In this document: positions 9,242-19,157 of the stretch, one piece after another
Layout: each line of letters starts with the position of its first letter
Position numbering within the stretch: the first letter of the stretch is position 1
Source: Desulfurococcaceae archaeon
GTDB taxonomy: Archaea; Thermoproteota; Thermoprotei_A; Sulfolobales; Desulfurococcaceae
Length of the DNA: 25,608 nucleotides
Direction of reading: 5' to 3'
Assembly (NCBI GenBank): GCA_038888155.1
Contig: JAWAJB010000009.1
Span: 1-25,608 of the forward strand
The notes under the pieces: generated by a model
Database searches by the model: none
What the model was told of the DNA's origin: nothing
The model's input: the letters and a program-made list of their open reading frames with translations, nothing else
Program-made: the position numbers and the translations under genes

Positions 9242-10729
9242 AGTTAGCGCACTGGATGGCTCGACAACGTCCAGTACACTCACTTAACGGGGGCAATTAA
9301 TAGAACTAGCCCCGTTTCCCCTCCCGGTACGTGATAACTATAACGGTCAAGTACGTCACGTAGATGCCTCAGGTGGACCTCGAGGTCTTCGGCTCTGTTG
9401 GCGTATGCAGTGACACCTACTACTAGGAACAGGGCTAATCACCTGCAATCAGCTAGTATCCCTTAGCGTTAATAAATGCATTAACGGCGTGGCAGCTACG
9501 CTGGTCGAGAAGCCGTTCGCCGTGGGCAATGGCGGTGGGATGGGAGGGGGCGGTCACGTGAGTGGTTACATTTCCCATTAACCGCGAGGGTGGGCCTCAG
9601 ACCCCCAAAGATTTCGTCAGATAGCTGCATAAGCAGAAGAGAGCGGGCATTGCCCTTAACTAATGCGCCGTTAACATAGCCCCCGACCACGAGCTCGTTG
9701 AAGGGTGCCCACGTGTCAATGGCGCTGAAACACAGAATAGTATTGTTTCAGCCAGGAGCCCCGGCTCAGTTGTGCTCACTATTTTTCCCATGCAATTCCG
9801 CATTAATCCCACCGGGACACTCCTTGTAGTCAGCTCCATGAGCACGCTCCCCAGTTATCCTGCTTGGGGTCTCCCGGCTCCATATCCGGTACTCGGTAAC
9901 ATCCTCTCTCGGATCTCATGGGGGAAGACGTGAAGGATTGGGGTGTTGAGGCATGGACTTCAGCACCCGCGGACACCAATAATTCTATTCTCAGGCACGG
10001 GTAATACTCGAACTCCCCGCGCGATCACCTTGATGTGAATGCAGGGCTCCCTTTGAGATCTCATATATCACTATCACTACAATAAGGTCCAGCGTCTTTG
10101 GAATCCGGCCCTCCTCGCGGTTGAGCTTATATGTGGTACTATGTTTCAAGTGGCACTTCGACACGTAAGTTGAATTGTCTACCGCGAGAATGGCGTCTCC
10201 AGTTCCTGCTCCCTAGAGCGTGCTAAGTTTTATGTGCGACACCGAGCTAGTTGAGCACAACCTCTACGGCGTATCAACCAGCTAAGTCTACGGCGCTTTA
10301 ACTGACCACGCAGATGGTGTGGCTTCCAGTCGCCCTAAGTCCTTATGTTGCGTTGCTTCAGGGCTCACTCTTATAATCGAGAGATTTCAGTATAGGACCT
10401 TTGGGGCCCCACGCTCCTTACATTATCGTGCCCCGAAGAACTGACCAGGCTTAGTGCCCTCGGGGCCATGGTGGTCTTACACTTATCACTACGTCTCTTC
10501 GACGCTATTAATATTGAAGTTGGGAGTGGCCGGGATGTACAGTGAAAACACAGAGAGCATCGCCGAGCCGCACTACTGAAACCACACGAGACTGGGGGTT
10601 GAGGGGCGCTCTTAAAATAATAATGTATTTAGTTTAGTTTTATCAGTCGTTTTAATTAATATTTTGCTGTAGTTCACCTTGTTAATTGAACGCGCATGGA
10701 GAACATCTCGAAGTAACTCGGATGGTCTG

Positions 10730-11392
10730 CTTGGCGGCTAAATACCACGAGGTAATAGTGAAGGAAGATACCAATAGGCTGGGCTTTTTATGCCGCGTAG
10801 TTAATTTCCTCGAGGACGCTTTGGACGATTCAGAGCGCGAGATAATGTACTAGTCGATCGCCGTAGCTTAGCAGACGAATTGGTTATGGTAGAGGCCGTG
10901 AACTGCCGTGGAAATGTGCGCGAAAGCCTAGCTGTGTTCCAAGAAATGTACGACCTAAAAGCTGGGCTGGATAAAGGCGACCTGCCTCTGGAATGGTTGT
11001 ATGGCTATGTCGTCGACCACGACGCCAGAGCCCTTCACAGGTTAATGAAGATGCTAGCATTGAGGACCTCGGCCTCCAAAACCGAGTACTACCTGGGAGC
11101 GCTCTTCAAGGGAGAGGGCTTCGTGCTTGAGGGCAAAATCGAAGGGGTCGTGGTGCCCGGAGTGCCGCAGTGCTTCTCGGCACACACTGAAAACAAACCG
11201 CTTCTCAGCCCTAGGGACATCAAGGCCATAGTTAAGTTATTGCTAGACCGCGGCATTGGTCACGTAGTAGAGACGAATAAAGTGGGGCTCGCGATTTACT
11301 GTGCCGGCCCCTTAACTCTGCAGGACTACGAGGCAGGCTCTTGGAAAAAGCCAGTGACGTGTGACAAGTGCCATGCGCAAGGTACTAAATAG
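10730..11392 (+). pseudogene. Degraded archaeal hypothetical gene with JAB/MPN-like motif remnants
   Basis: EY..., VLEG...VVVP, AHT....LSPRD resemble a damaged HxH-x7-S-x2-D motif. The upstream protein-like segment (KYHEVIV...REIMY*) is interrupted by stops. Confidence 0.35.
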
Positions 11393-11530
11393 AACGGTTG
11401 TAAAGGTGAAGTACATTTAGGCCACTTAAACTCGGTTAGCGTTAAATCCCGCCGGTATTCTGATCGTTGCTCCGTGGTGTTAGCTCGAGTCTTCTCATAA
11501 ATGCCCACACACTGATCGTGGTCTGCGCAA

Positions 11531-12181
11531 GTGTTTAAAAACTCCCGGGCAATAACGATTTCCATTGGTGAAAGCTTGTCCGAGCTACTGAGTGTAATAG
11601 GGTCGAGGACTAGTGTTAGAGTATTTAAGCAAGACCCCGTGCCCCATGACATGGTTTTAAAAGTACTCGAAGCGGAGATCAGAGCGCCAACGGCCGGCGG
11701 GGGCGAGCAGTGGTTTTTCGTAGTTGTCAAAGTAGAGAAAAAGAAGGCTATACACAGGTTACTGCTCGAGGCTCATAGAAAATATGCGACCGAGGTCTTA
11801 AAGGAGCCCATGTCCTCCGAAAAGGTCGAGAAATGGGTGAGAGAAATGGAATCTGGAATGTACATGGCCCCGGTGTACATAGCAGCTTACCTAGATATGA
11901 GGGAAAGGTTTCACAAGGAAGAGTACTACGAGTTCGAGAGACTAATGGCGATTCAAAGCCTAGCGGCGGCTGTAGAGAACATGCTACTTGCTGCACACGC
12001 GCTAGGCCTAGGCGCAGTATGGCTGGGCGTGCCGCTATTATCAAAGGAGAGGTTCGACGAGATCTTGCAACCGCCACCCGGTTGTGAACTGCAAGCAATT
12101 ATAGCGCTGGGCTACCTGGCTGAGACGCTGGCACCTAGAGGGAGGAAAAAGAAGATCTCAGAGATAGTCAAGGTGACATAG
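11531..12181 (+). CDS. Nitroreductase family flavoprotein (true start probably ~11567-11576)
   Basis: SRTSVRVF..DPVP, RAPTAGG.EQW.F, AP, QSLAAAVENMLLAAHALGLGAVW and IALGY motifs. Confidence 0.92.
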   Translation: MFKNSRAITISIGESLSELLSVIGSRTSVRVFKQDPVPHDMVLKVLEAEIRAPTAGGGEQWFFVVVKVEKKKAIHRLLLEAHRKYATEVLKEPMSSEKVEKWVREMESGMYMAPVYIAAYLDMRERFHKEEYYEFERLMAIQSLAAAVENMLLAAHALGLGAVWLGVPLLSKERFDEILQPPPGCELQAIIALGYLAETLAPRGRKKKISEIVKVT

Positions 12182-12969
12182 TAGTATGGGAATCCCATTA
12201 ATGCTTCCACCATCATCTTGGCTGCTACGGCGAAGATCACCAGTCCTATAATCATCTTCAGCGTTCTCTGCTCAACTCTCGGCGCTACTCGGGACCCGAG
12301 AAGGCCCCCATTACCGCGCCCACGCTCAACGGAATGCCGATATTCCAGTCAACTAACCGGTCTGCCAGGTGTCTCATTAACGGGGATAGAGCGGGCGGCG
12401 CCATGGAGGCCATTGACAGCGATATAGCTAGTTGCGCGTCTAGCCTCAGTAAATACATGAACGCCAGTACGTTGATCATCCCATCACCAAGCCCTCATAT
12501 ACCCGCTATAAGTCCGGCCAATCCGCCGGAGAAGGCCCCCAACGCGTAGCCCTTGATAGTCGCAGTAAACCCCCTTAGTTTTCCTCGCTCGAGCGCTTCC
12601 GCATGTGCGGCGAGTACAATCCTCGTAGCCGTCGCGAGGATTACGAGCCCCAGTGCTAAGTTGAGCACGTTAACGAACGTTAACGAGTAGTACGGCCACC
12701 AGGTAGGCGTCGAAATATGCTGTCAAAACCATTGGTGTGGTGACAGGGGCGTAAAGTCACAGCGGTGGTCTCAATCTCTTAAAGTACTGGCGGGTGCTCA
12801 TGATGGAGTTTACGAACACCATGAACTTAGACGTCACGATAACGTACTGTGGATATCCCGAGGTAGTACAGGGCGGGTACAACGAGAAATCCCCTCTTAG
12901 ACCACTCATAGAGCCAAGCAAAGACGCTACAACTCCCGTTGCCAAGTATAACGCTAGTTCCTAGCCCAT
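12180..12969 (-). pseudogene. TauE/SafE (sulfite exporter, DUF81) family membrane protein, multiply disrupted
   Basis: Two degenerate G.G(G)G repeats (GSMSGLRGDF; AGI*GLGDGMINV), TSKFMVF and VDW..G motifs. TAG at 12961-12963, several frameshifts and a 10-bp duplication. The 3' end is approximate. Confidence 0.75.
12667..12686. repeat. Perfect 10-bp tandem duplication ACGTTAACGA x2
   Basis: Seen directly; removing one copy restores the local TauE frame (VLLVNVLNLALGLV). Confidence 0.85.
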
Positions 12970-13073
12970 ACCCCTACCCTCGAACAAAGCAACTACAACA
13001 TCCCCCTAAGTGTGGGGTCTAAAAGCGGGGACAACATCGCGATCACGCCGTACAAGGCCTAAGAGATCGGAAT

Positions 13074-13922
13074 TCACTTGTCCCCCTTAAACATTGTCAG
13101 AGCACTATCGTCCAGCGAGCAACACGCATCATATACCTCGCCGGGTAATTTATTGCGTAACCTATAATATGGATTTGCAATGCGCTCTACATAGCCTCTT
13201 TCCACGATATTGGTATCTAGTAGCGGCTTCAAGAAACCTGGCCTCATGCATCCCAAGTATAGCTTACCCGAGAAGACATCGCGCGCGTGGACGACGAGCT
13301 CTTCTACGAGTGAGGCCAGTTGCCTGGCGGCGAGCCTGTACGCCTCATCCACGTAAACCAACAGCGTGATTTCCCTTACGTCCATGTCTTCGAGTATATG
13401 GAGCTCCTTTTCTACAGATTTCACACTTGCACCCGGATGCCAGGCGAACATGTGGGGAACCACGCGTAGTCCTGCCTCGGTAATCAATTTGAGCGATTTT
13501 ATGTAATCACCGGGCTCTACCGATAGACCCCGAACGGACTTAATTATGTATGGACTCAGTGTGAACTCGTAATCGACGACGTCGATCACATCTTTTAGGT
13601 CCTGGAGAACGTGGGGGTCTTTTACAAGCCCCAAGTGGGCGCTCATAACCATGTTTAATCTTTTCTTTACTCGTCTTAGTTTATCGATGTAGGGCTCTAT
13701 TGGTAATGTTCCATCAGGCCTAAATCCGCCGCTGATCAAGACCCCCCTAACCCCCCTCTGGTAGAGATCAAGGAGCACCTCTTCCACATTATCCGGGTTC
13801 ACGGGAACCATGTTCTTTAGATACCTACCTTCGCAAAACCTACATTTCAATGCGCACCAAGACCCCGTTAATGAGAGCGGCTTGTACCTCTTAAACGGCA
13901 CGAAGTACTTTGGTTTCAACAT
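13074..13922 (-). CDS. lipS1: Radical SAM lipoyl synthase component LipS1
   Basis: CALKCRFC (CxxxCxxC), LISGG, GCMR and C-terminal CC motifs, as described for LipS1 of Thermococcus kodakarensis; next to a lipoate ligase. Confidence 0.85.
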   Translation of the reverse strand: MLKPKYFVPFKRYKPLSLTGSWCALKCRFCEGRYLKNMVPVNPDNVEEVLLDLYQRGVRGVLISGGFRPDGTLPIEPYIDKLRRVKKRLNMVMSAHLGLVKDPHVLQDLKDVIDVVDYEFTLSPYIIKSVRGLSVEPGDYIKSLKLITEAGLRVVPHMFAWHPGASVKSVEKELHILEDMDVREITLLVYVDEAYRLAARQLASLVEELVVHARDVFSGKLYLGCMRPGFLKPLLDTNIVERGYVERIANPYYRLRNKLPGEVYDACCSLDDSALTMFKGDK

Positions 13923-14857
13923 TGAACACCTATGCTGGCTAACTCCTCTCTTAGCCTATTAGCATAGGTTTTCAACGCCTTGTTCGAGGGTATATTGTAT
14001 AGGGGGCCGCTGGGGCTTTCGTTGTAGAATGGCCTATTACAGCCTGGACACCCACTCACGTAGAATGCGTCGGTGAAATCCACGGGCGGCTTTCTCGTAA
14101 GCGCAACTTTATCGTATTCCAAGTACTCGTCTGGGTCGAGGCCGAGTTCCAGTAGATACCTCGCTAATTGCACGAGCCTATAGTAACCAATATCGACAGA
14201 TGGGCGCCCCATTATATCAACATAATTAAATAGCGCGACGCGGGCCCCCATTCCGTAAATCCTTTTCATGGTTCGTACGATGTCTCTCAGAGACTCTCCA
14301 AGTCCTGCTATTAGGTGGACGTATACCCCTCCCCCGCCGTAGACCTCTACGGCCTTAGATATAAAACCCCAGTAGGTATCCCAGCTATATGGTTTATCGT
14401 ACTTCTCGAAAAGTTCCTTAGTCGCTACATCTAATCCAATGCCCAGGGCGTCTACGCCCAGCTTCTTAGCCTCTTCGAGATATGATCTTGCTATGGGCGT
14501 TGTGGCCAGGGATATTGGGGCATTTCCTTCGAACGACCTGAGCAACTCCAGCGCGCGGAGGGCCTCCTTGATAAATAAAGGCTTTATTATTGTTTGAAGG
14601 CACACGCGCTCAAATACGCTTTTCCAAGCCAACTTAAGTGTATCGAGGTCTACGAGCGGCCAGGACACCCTACCGAGGTATTCGCCGCCCTTGAGACTAT
14701 GTAGCCTTTTGGATTGAAGACAAAACAAGCAACCAGCTCTACACCCCGTGGAAGAGTACTGTAAAAGATAAGCCGTCCTGGGCTTCTCGGCTAGTTTTAA
14801 CTCCCTTAACCCGAGAACGGCTAGCGTGCCTATCGACACCCTCACTAAGATACTCAT
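13916..14857 (-). CDS. lipS2: Radical SAM lipoyl synthase component LipS2
   Basis: VRVSIGT, CRAGCLFC.Q, RVSWP, HLIAGLGE, YR.VQLARYL and SGCPGCNRPFYNE (LipS2 GCPxCNRP motif). ATG at 14857 is preceded by an SD-like GAGGT; the alternative start is 14869. Confidence 0.87.
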   Translation of the reverse strand: MSILVRVSIGTLAVLGLRELKLAEKPRTAYLLQYSSTGCRAGCLFCLQSKRLHSLKGGEYLGRVSWPLVDLDTLKLAWKSVFERVCLQTIIKPLFIKEALRALELLRSFEGNAPISLATTPIARSYLEEAKKLGVDALGIGLDVATKELFEKYDKPYSWDTYWGFISKAVEVYGGGGVYVHLIAGLGESLRDIVRTMKRIYGMGARVALFNYVDIMGRPSVDIGYYRLVQLARYLLELGLDPDEYLEYDKVALTRKPPVDFTDAFYVSGCPGCNRPFYNESPSGPLYNIPSNKALKTYANRLREELASIGVQC

Positions 14858-14897
14858 GTGGGACCTCACGCTAAGGTTATTTTGGTCTCTTGTGGCG

Positions 14898-14940
14898 TTA
14901 AAGTATATATAATTAAGAGAATTTATATATGTAATTAAAG
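14898..14940. promoter_or_regulatory. AT-rich divergent promoter region between lipS2 and lplA
   Basis: TTTATATA at 14922-14929 (+) and TTATATA on the minus strand near 14907-14913. Confidence 0.55.
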
Positions 14941-14963
14941 ATGCGATTATCTAACACGGCACA

Positions 14964-15752
14964 TTGCCCGTGGTAGAGTACTTCGCGGTGGCTAACTTGA
15001 AGTTACGGGTTGTACTAGACCTCGAAGGTCGCGATGTTTACTGGCAAATGGCCATTGATGAGGCGATGTTGATGGCGAAGCTACGGGGCATTGCCGAGAG
15101 TACTCTGAGAATATACAAATTCAAGCCGAGTGCTGTTACGGTGGGATATTTCCAGAAAATCGAGGAAGCTGTAAATCTGGGGTTCCTCAATGAAATGGGT
15201 ATTCAATACACCAGGAGGATAACCGGTGGAGGCTCGGTATTTCATGACTCGGATGGCGAAATCACCTACAGCATTGTACTACCTGCAACCGGTGATCTAG
15301 CTAACGTTCAGGAAAGCTACAGGATCATATGCAATGGCATCGTGTACGCCCTGAGAAAACTGGGGGTTCGAGCGGAATTTGTGCCCGTGAATGACGTCGT
15401 CGTACATGGCCGGAAGATATCGGGTAGCGCGCAGGCTAGGAGAGGCGGATACCTGCTTCAACACGGCACGCTGATGTACGCGACAAACCTGGACGTGCTC
15501 GAAAAGGTGCTCGTAGCGCCTGTCGAGAAACTGAGGAATAAGGGTGTTAAGAGCATTAAGGAAAGAGTTGTCACGCTCAAGCAGTTGACCGGGGCCGTGA
15601 ATGTCGATGAGTTAGTCAAAGGCTTAATCGAGGGTTTCGCTATATCTATTGGCGCTGAACCCGTTCCCGGAGAGTTGACCGGTGCTGAACTTAAGTTGGC
15701 CGAAGAGCTTGTTTCGAAGTATAGGAGCCGCGAATGGATTTTTAAAAGGTGA
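14964..15752 (+). CDS. lplA: Lipoate-protein ligase, catalytic (N-terminal) domain (start possibly GTG 14988)
   Basis: MAIDEA, VGYFQ, RRITGGGSVFHD, NDV..GRKISGSAQ, LQHGT and YRSREW motifs. Confidence 0.93.
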   Translation: MPVVEYFAVANLKLRVVLDLEGRDVYWQMAIDEAMLMAKLRGIAESTLRIYKFKPSAVTVGYFQKIEEAVNLGFLNEMGIQYTRRITGGGSVFHDSDGEITYSIVLPATGDLANVQESYRIICNGIVYALRKLGVRAEFVPVNDVVVHGRKISGSAQARRGGYLLQHGTLMYATNLDVLEKVLVAPVEKLRNKGVKSIKERVVTLKQLTGAVNVDELVKGLIEGFAISIGAEPVPGELTGAELKLAEELVSKYRSREWIFKR

Positions 15753-16051
15753 AGGCCTTGGAGCGTGTGTCGTTAACGCTACGTTACACCAAAACGGTTA
15801 AGCTTGAGTTGCTCCTCGATAGCGAGTGCAGGATTGAAAACATGTCAATCTCTGGGGATTTCTTCGCGTATCCCGAGGATGCAGTTGAACTACTAGAACA
15901 AAGCATCAGGGGGTGCAAAAGCGCGGAGTGCGTTGAGAGGGCCTTTGGTGGCATTTCCATTGCCACATTTCTCGGCATCGATATCGACGACTTAAAAACG
16001 AAAGTTATCATGGCAATTGAGAGGTGCTCTGAGCGCTTAAGGCTCACCTAA
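15749..16051 (+). CDS. lplB: Lipoate-protein ligase C-terminal accessory domain (LplB-like)
   Basis: ISGDFFAYPED.V..LE motif; 4-nt GTGA overlap with lplA. Confidence 0.85.
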   Translation: MKALERVSLTLRYTKTVKLELLLDSECRIENMSISGDFFAYPEDAVELLEQSIRGCKSAECVERAFGGISIATFLGIDIDDLKTKVIMAIERCSERLRLT

Positions 16052-16066
16052 GGGGGCATATTAGCG

Positions 16067-16243
16067 GTGATTGTACTGCACATAAAAGAGGTCAAAACAA
16101 GCTTGATGATCAACGAGGAATACCTCTTGCTTAAAGCATGGGACTGAGAGATAGGGCTAAATTCTCTTTCAAGGCCTTTAAACGCTGTCGTGGAAATTTC
16201 TACTCGTTGTAATTCATCACGTGTTCACTGCTTTAGATACTAG
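16067..16243 (+). pseudogene. Possible radical SAM gene remnant
   Basis: Translation ...VVEISTRCNSSRVHCFRY* resembles E.T.RCN..C.HC with the middle Cys lost; in-frame stops flank it. Confidence 0.35.
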
Positions 16244-16645
16244 AGCGCCATTAAAAGACCTTGTCAACGTGCTGGTTGATCACAGGGTGTAAGAACTCTA
16301 CATCATAAACTTGAACACTAACACTGTTTATAGGGAGTTTTGCTGAAGGCGAAGAACTAGGCTCTCTGCACTAGCAGAGAGTTCTCAATGTAACGAGACC
16401 TGTTGCTATCAATGGTTAGAAGAGCGCTTGAAAAGATCATCAGGAAAATGATCGAAATGCTACGATTTAACATTGTTTGTTACCGCGACAATAGCTACTA
16501 CATTGGGCTAAACCCGCGCCGATACCTAGCCCAATGACCAGCGCAAACAATGTGGTTACCGTAATCGAAGCGAAAATAAGTAAATAAAACCTATTTTATT
16601 GCCCCAATATTAACGCACGTTTCGCAGGCATTTTGGGGGACCTCA

Positions 16646-17075
16646 ATGGGTTTTGTGAGAGGTATTTTAATGGCACTAATAACGTCGCCGAACAAAGACG
16701 GGGATCTCTGCATAGAGTGTTTGAAGGATATAATAGAATTTCAAGCGAAGAGCGGGGCATACGGCCTGTTTCTCACTAGTACAGCTGGCGAAGGCTGCAT
16801 TCTTCCTGCACAAGTTAGGGCGAAAGTTTACGAGAAAGCCAGAGAGTTTGTCCTGAGCAAAATGTGTCTTCTTCCCCATGTAAGTGCAACTTGGCAGACT
16901 AATCAGCGAGGCGCAGGAGGCTCCGCGGAAATTGAGCAAGGTGTGGGGCATCAATACAGGCTATCCTCCAATCGGGGTAGTGCACGAATTTAATAGAAAC
17001 GTGCTAGAGGAGATCCCAAAACTCCTGAAGAAAACACTTCATGATTACCACGATCTATTCGAGTGGCGAAAATAG
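16646..17075 (+). pseudogene. DapA/NanA/KDG-aldolase family gene with a large internal deletion
   Basis: GIL.ALIT...DG, GLF..STAGE and HV N-terminal motifs, then a jump near 16890 to a C-terminal-like segment (WGINTGYP). The Schiff-base Lys region is missing. Confidence 0.75.
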
Positions 17076-17163
17076 CCAGAACCGTTGGTGCAAGAGCGTT
17101 TAGAGCGTAACGCGTGCTTGCGGTTTCCTTTGGGCCCTCTCTCACTTATTTACTTCCTCTTTA

Positions 17164-17937
17164 TTAATGTATCGAGCTATAGGTCCCCGAGATCGCTTGT
17201 TGGCCTGTTAACTCGAGTTGTTCCAGTAGCGCGTTTACTTTGCAACTTAGATCGCAGTTTAGGGACTTCACGTACAGGAGAGCTCTGGTCACATTGCCGT
17301 AATGACGTTTACACTTTTCCCCAACAAGATCGTCAGGCGCCGGCTTGCATTCTATAACAATGCAGGGCGTCACCAGCTTGACGAGCGTTAGTATTTCGAC
17401 ACCGTTCATGCACTCAGCTTCTCTCAAGTCGCGCGCCACGTACTCATAATATGCCTTGACCTCTTCATCGAACCCGTGGGCAACCAGGTACTCGTGGACC
17501 TCTAGGTCTTTGATCGCAGTGGACGCCACGTAAATCAGCTCTGCGGCGTTTTCTCCAAGCTTCTTCGCTAGTTTCTTTTCGAGAAACACCACATAACCAG
17601 CTATGTTACCGTGGAGTACACTGTGTGCGCACTCGTGTATCATTAATGCTCTAAGCGTCGCCTGGCTTAGGGCTTTGCACTTCTCGTAGTCTAAGTGTAT
17701 CCTCGGCCAACCCATCCAGGCCTCGTGGGCCACTGGATAGTCGCCAATTAAGGTGACGCCTAGTTCGAGGGCCTCTCGTAGCAACTTTCTCAGTTTCATC
17801 TCCGTGGACTCGTAAATATATATTTCTAGTAGCTCGTGTCCCTGGCGAGTTCGCGAGTAGAGTTCTTCTACAGCACACTTTATCGTGTCTACGAAGCCCT
17901 TCGGAACTCTACCAACTATTTCAATGTACATGACCAC
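17164..17937 (-). CDS. Hypothetical protein with HEXXH motif (putative zinc metallopeptidase)
   Basis: Intact 257-aa ORF containing HEAW.GWPRI and LMIHECAHSVLHG...KD.EV. Confidence 0.65.
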   Translation of the reverse strand: MVMYIEIVGRVPKGFVDTIKCAVEELYSRTRQGHELLEIYIYESTEMKLRKLLREALELGVTLIGDYPVAHEAWMGWPRIHLDYEKCKALSQATLRALMIHECAHSVLHGNIAGYVVFLEKKLAKKLGENAAELIYVASTAIKDLEVHEYLVAHGFDEEVKAYYEYVARDLREAECMNGVEILTLVKLVTPCIVIECKPAPDDLVGEKCKRHYGNVTRALLYVKSLNCDLSCKVNALLEQLELTGQQAISGTYSSIH

Positions 17938-17950
17938 CGCTCAAACGCCG

Positions 17951-18295
17951 TTACCAGACCTTTGCTCCGAGAGGTACGCTCTCGTCCACCGTGATCAGGT
18001 GAACTCTGCCACTGTTATCCTCGGCCACGAGGAGCATTGCCTGGCTCTCGATACCTGCTATGCGCTTGTATTTGAGGTTTGTCACGAAGATCATCCTTTT
18101 GCCCTTGAGGTCCTCGGGCCCGTACTGGTTCCCTATACCGGCCACGACAACTCTCTCTTCGCCGCCGAAGTCCACTAAGAGCTTTATAAGCTTCCTCGTC
18201 CTGGGAACTCTCTCGGCCTCCTTTACCAAGCCAACCCTCATATCGAACTTCCAGAACTCCTCGACATCGAACAGTTGGCTCTCCCCCGAGGGCAA
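17951..18295 (-). CDS. tRNA-binding OB-fold protein (Trbp111/CsaA/MetRS C-terminal-like)
   Basis: DMRVG, KL.KL.VDFG, VVAGI..Y, NL....GIESQAMLL and G.KV motifs. Confidence 0.92.
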   Translation of the reverse strand: MPSGESQLFDVEEFWKFDMRVGLVKEAERVPRTRKLIKLLVDFGGEERVVVAGIGNQYGPEDLKGKRMIFVTNLKYKRIAGIESQAMLLVAEDNSGRVHLITVDESVPLGAKVW

Positions 18296-18374
18296 CGCGC
18301 ACCGACCCGTAGCTAGCTATGATTAGTTAGGTATATATAAAATGGCTGGGTTTGTAGGTCGATCGCAACGGATT

Positions 18375-19086
18375 TTAGAAGGCTGGCAATGGAGGGGGTC
18401 GAGGAGAAGCTGGCATTGCCGAGTGCTTCCGCACGCTCCCGCCTAGCGCCACGTACATTAGCACCCAGCCTATAAAAGAGGCGGGTGCCAGGAACAGGCT
18501 TACTATGAAGAATATTCCGGCCACTAGGTAGAGCACGTTTTTCTGAATCGTATAGATAGAACGTGAGTACTATTAGACCTATTTCACCGATCAGCAGTAG
18601 AACGAGGCCGGCTACTAATACAAGCACGCTGACGACCATTAGCAACAATATCGCTCCCACGATCATCAGGACCGGGCCCCACACAAATCCTATCCTCATT
18701 AGGGATGCTGGCGTCGAGTATCGAGGCTCGGCGCGGGCGAGTACACGGATCCCAGGTACCAAGTACGCATATAACCCCACGAGGCCAACTAAGGCACCAG
18801 TGAATATCAATCCAACTAGCACGACGGGGGATGTCAGCGTTAAGCTAACGCGTAAGGAAGTCCACGGCGAGCCCCTTTCAACAATTATAGTAAAGTCTTT
18901 TAGTTCACTGGTTATTTCGATGCGCGGGAGTGCCGCGTGCATGAACAGTATATACAGCACGAGGATCAGACCTGTGCCAAGTAGTAGGTAACTCACGATC
19001 ATCAGCAGCGCTCCTTTACGTATAAACCTGAGCCCCTCCACCAGTAGGTTTGTCCGGGTATCACTATCCGTGCGCGTCCACGACAA
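18375..19086 (-). pseudogene. DUF973-like archaeal membrane protein with one frameshift
   Basis: EGL..IRKG N-terminus and multiple TMs. A shift at the A5 run (T 18538-18542 on +) moves the natural C-terminus (LYLVAGIFFI...IGWVLMYVALG...*, stop 18375-18377) out of frame. Confidence 0.7.
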
Positions 19087-19157
19087 CCGAGTTCCCTGGG
19101 AGGTATATGCTCACAGGGCTATAAAACGTTCTCGCGGAGAGAGTTTGGAGCTAGTGT

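Noticed and set aside
9660-10070. CoaBC-like remnant (ELLVSAGAEVHA, MGKIVS)
   Set aside because: The similarity is too short and spread over frames to support without a database search.
10612-10690. AT-rich tract as a replication origin DUE
   Set aside because: No ORB-like repeats and no cdc6/orc1 gene nearby; more likely promoter or terminator DNA.
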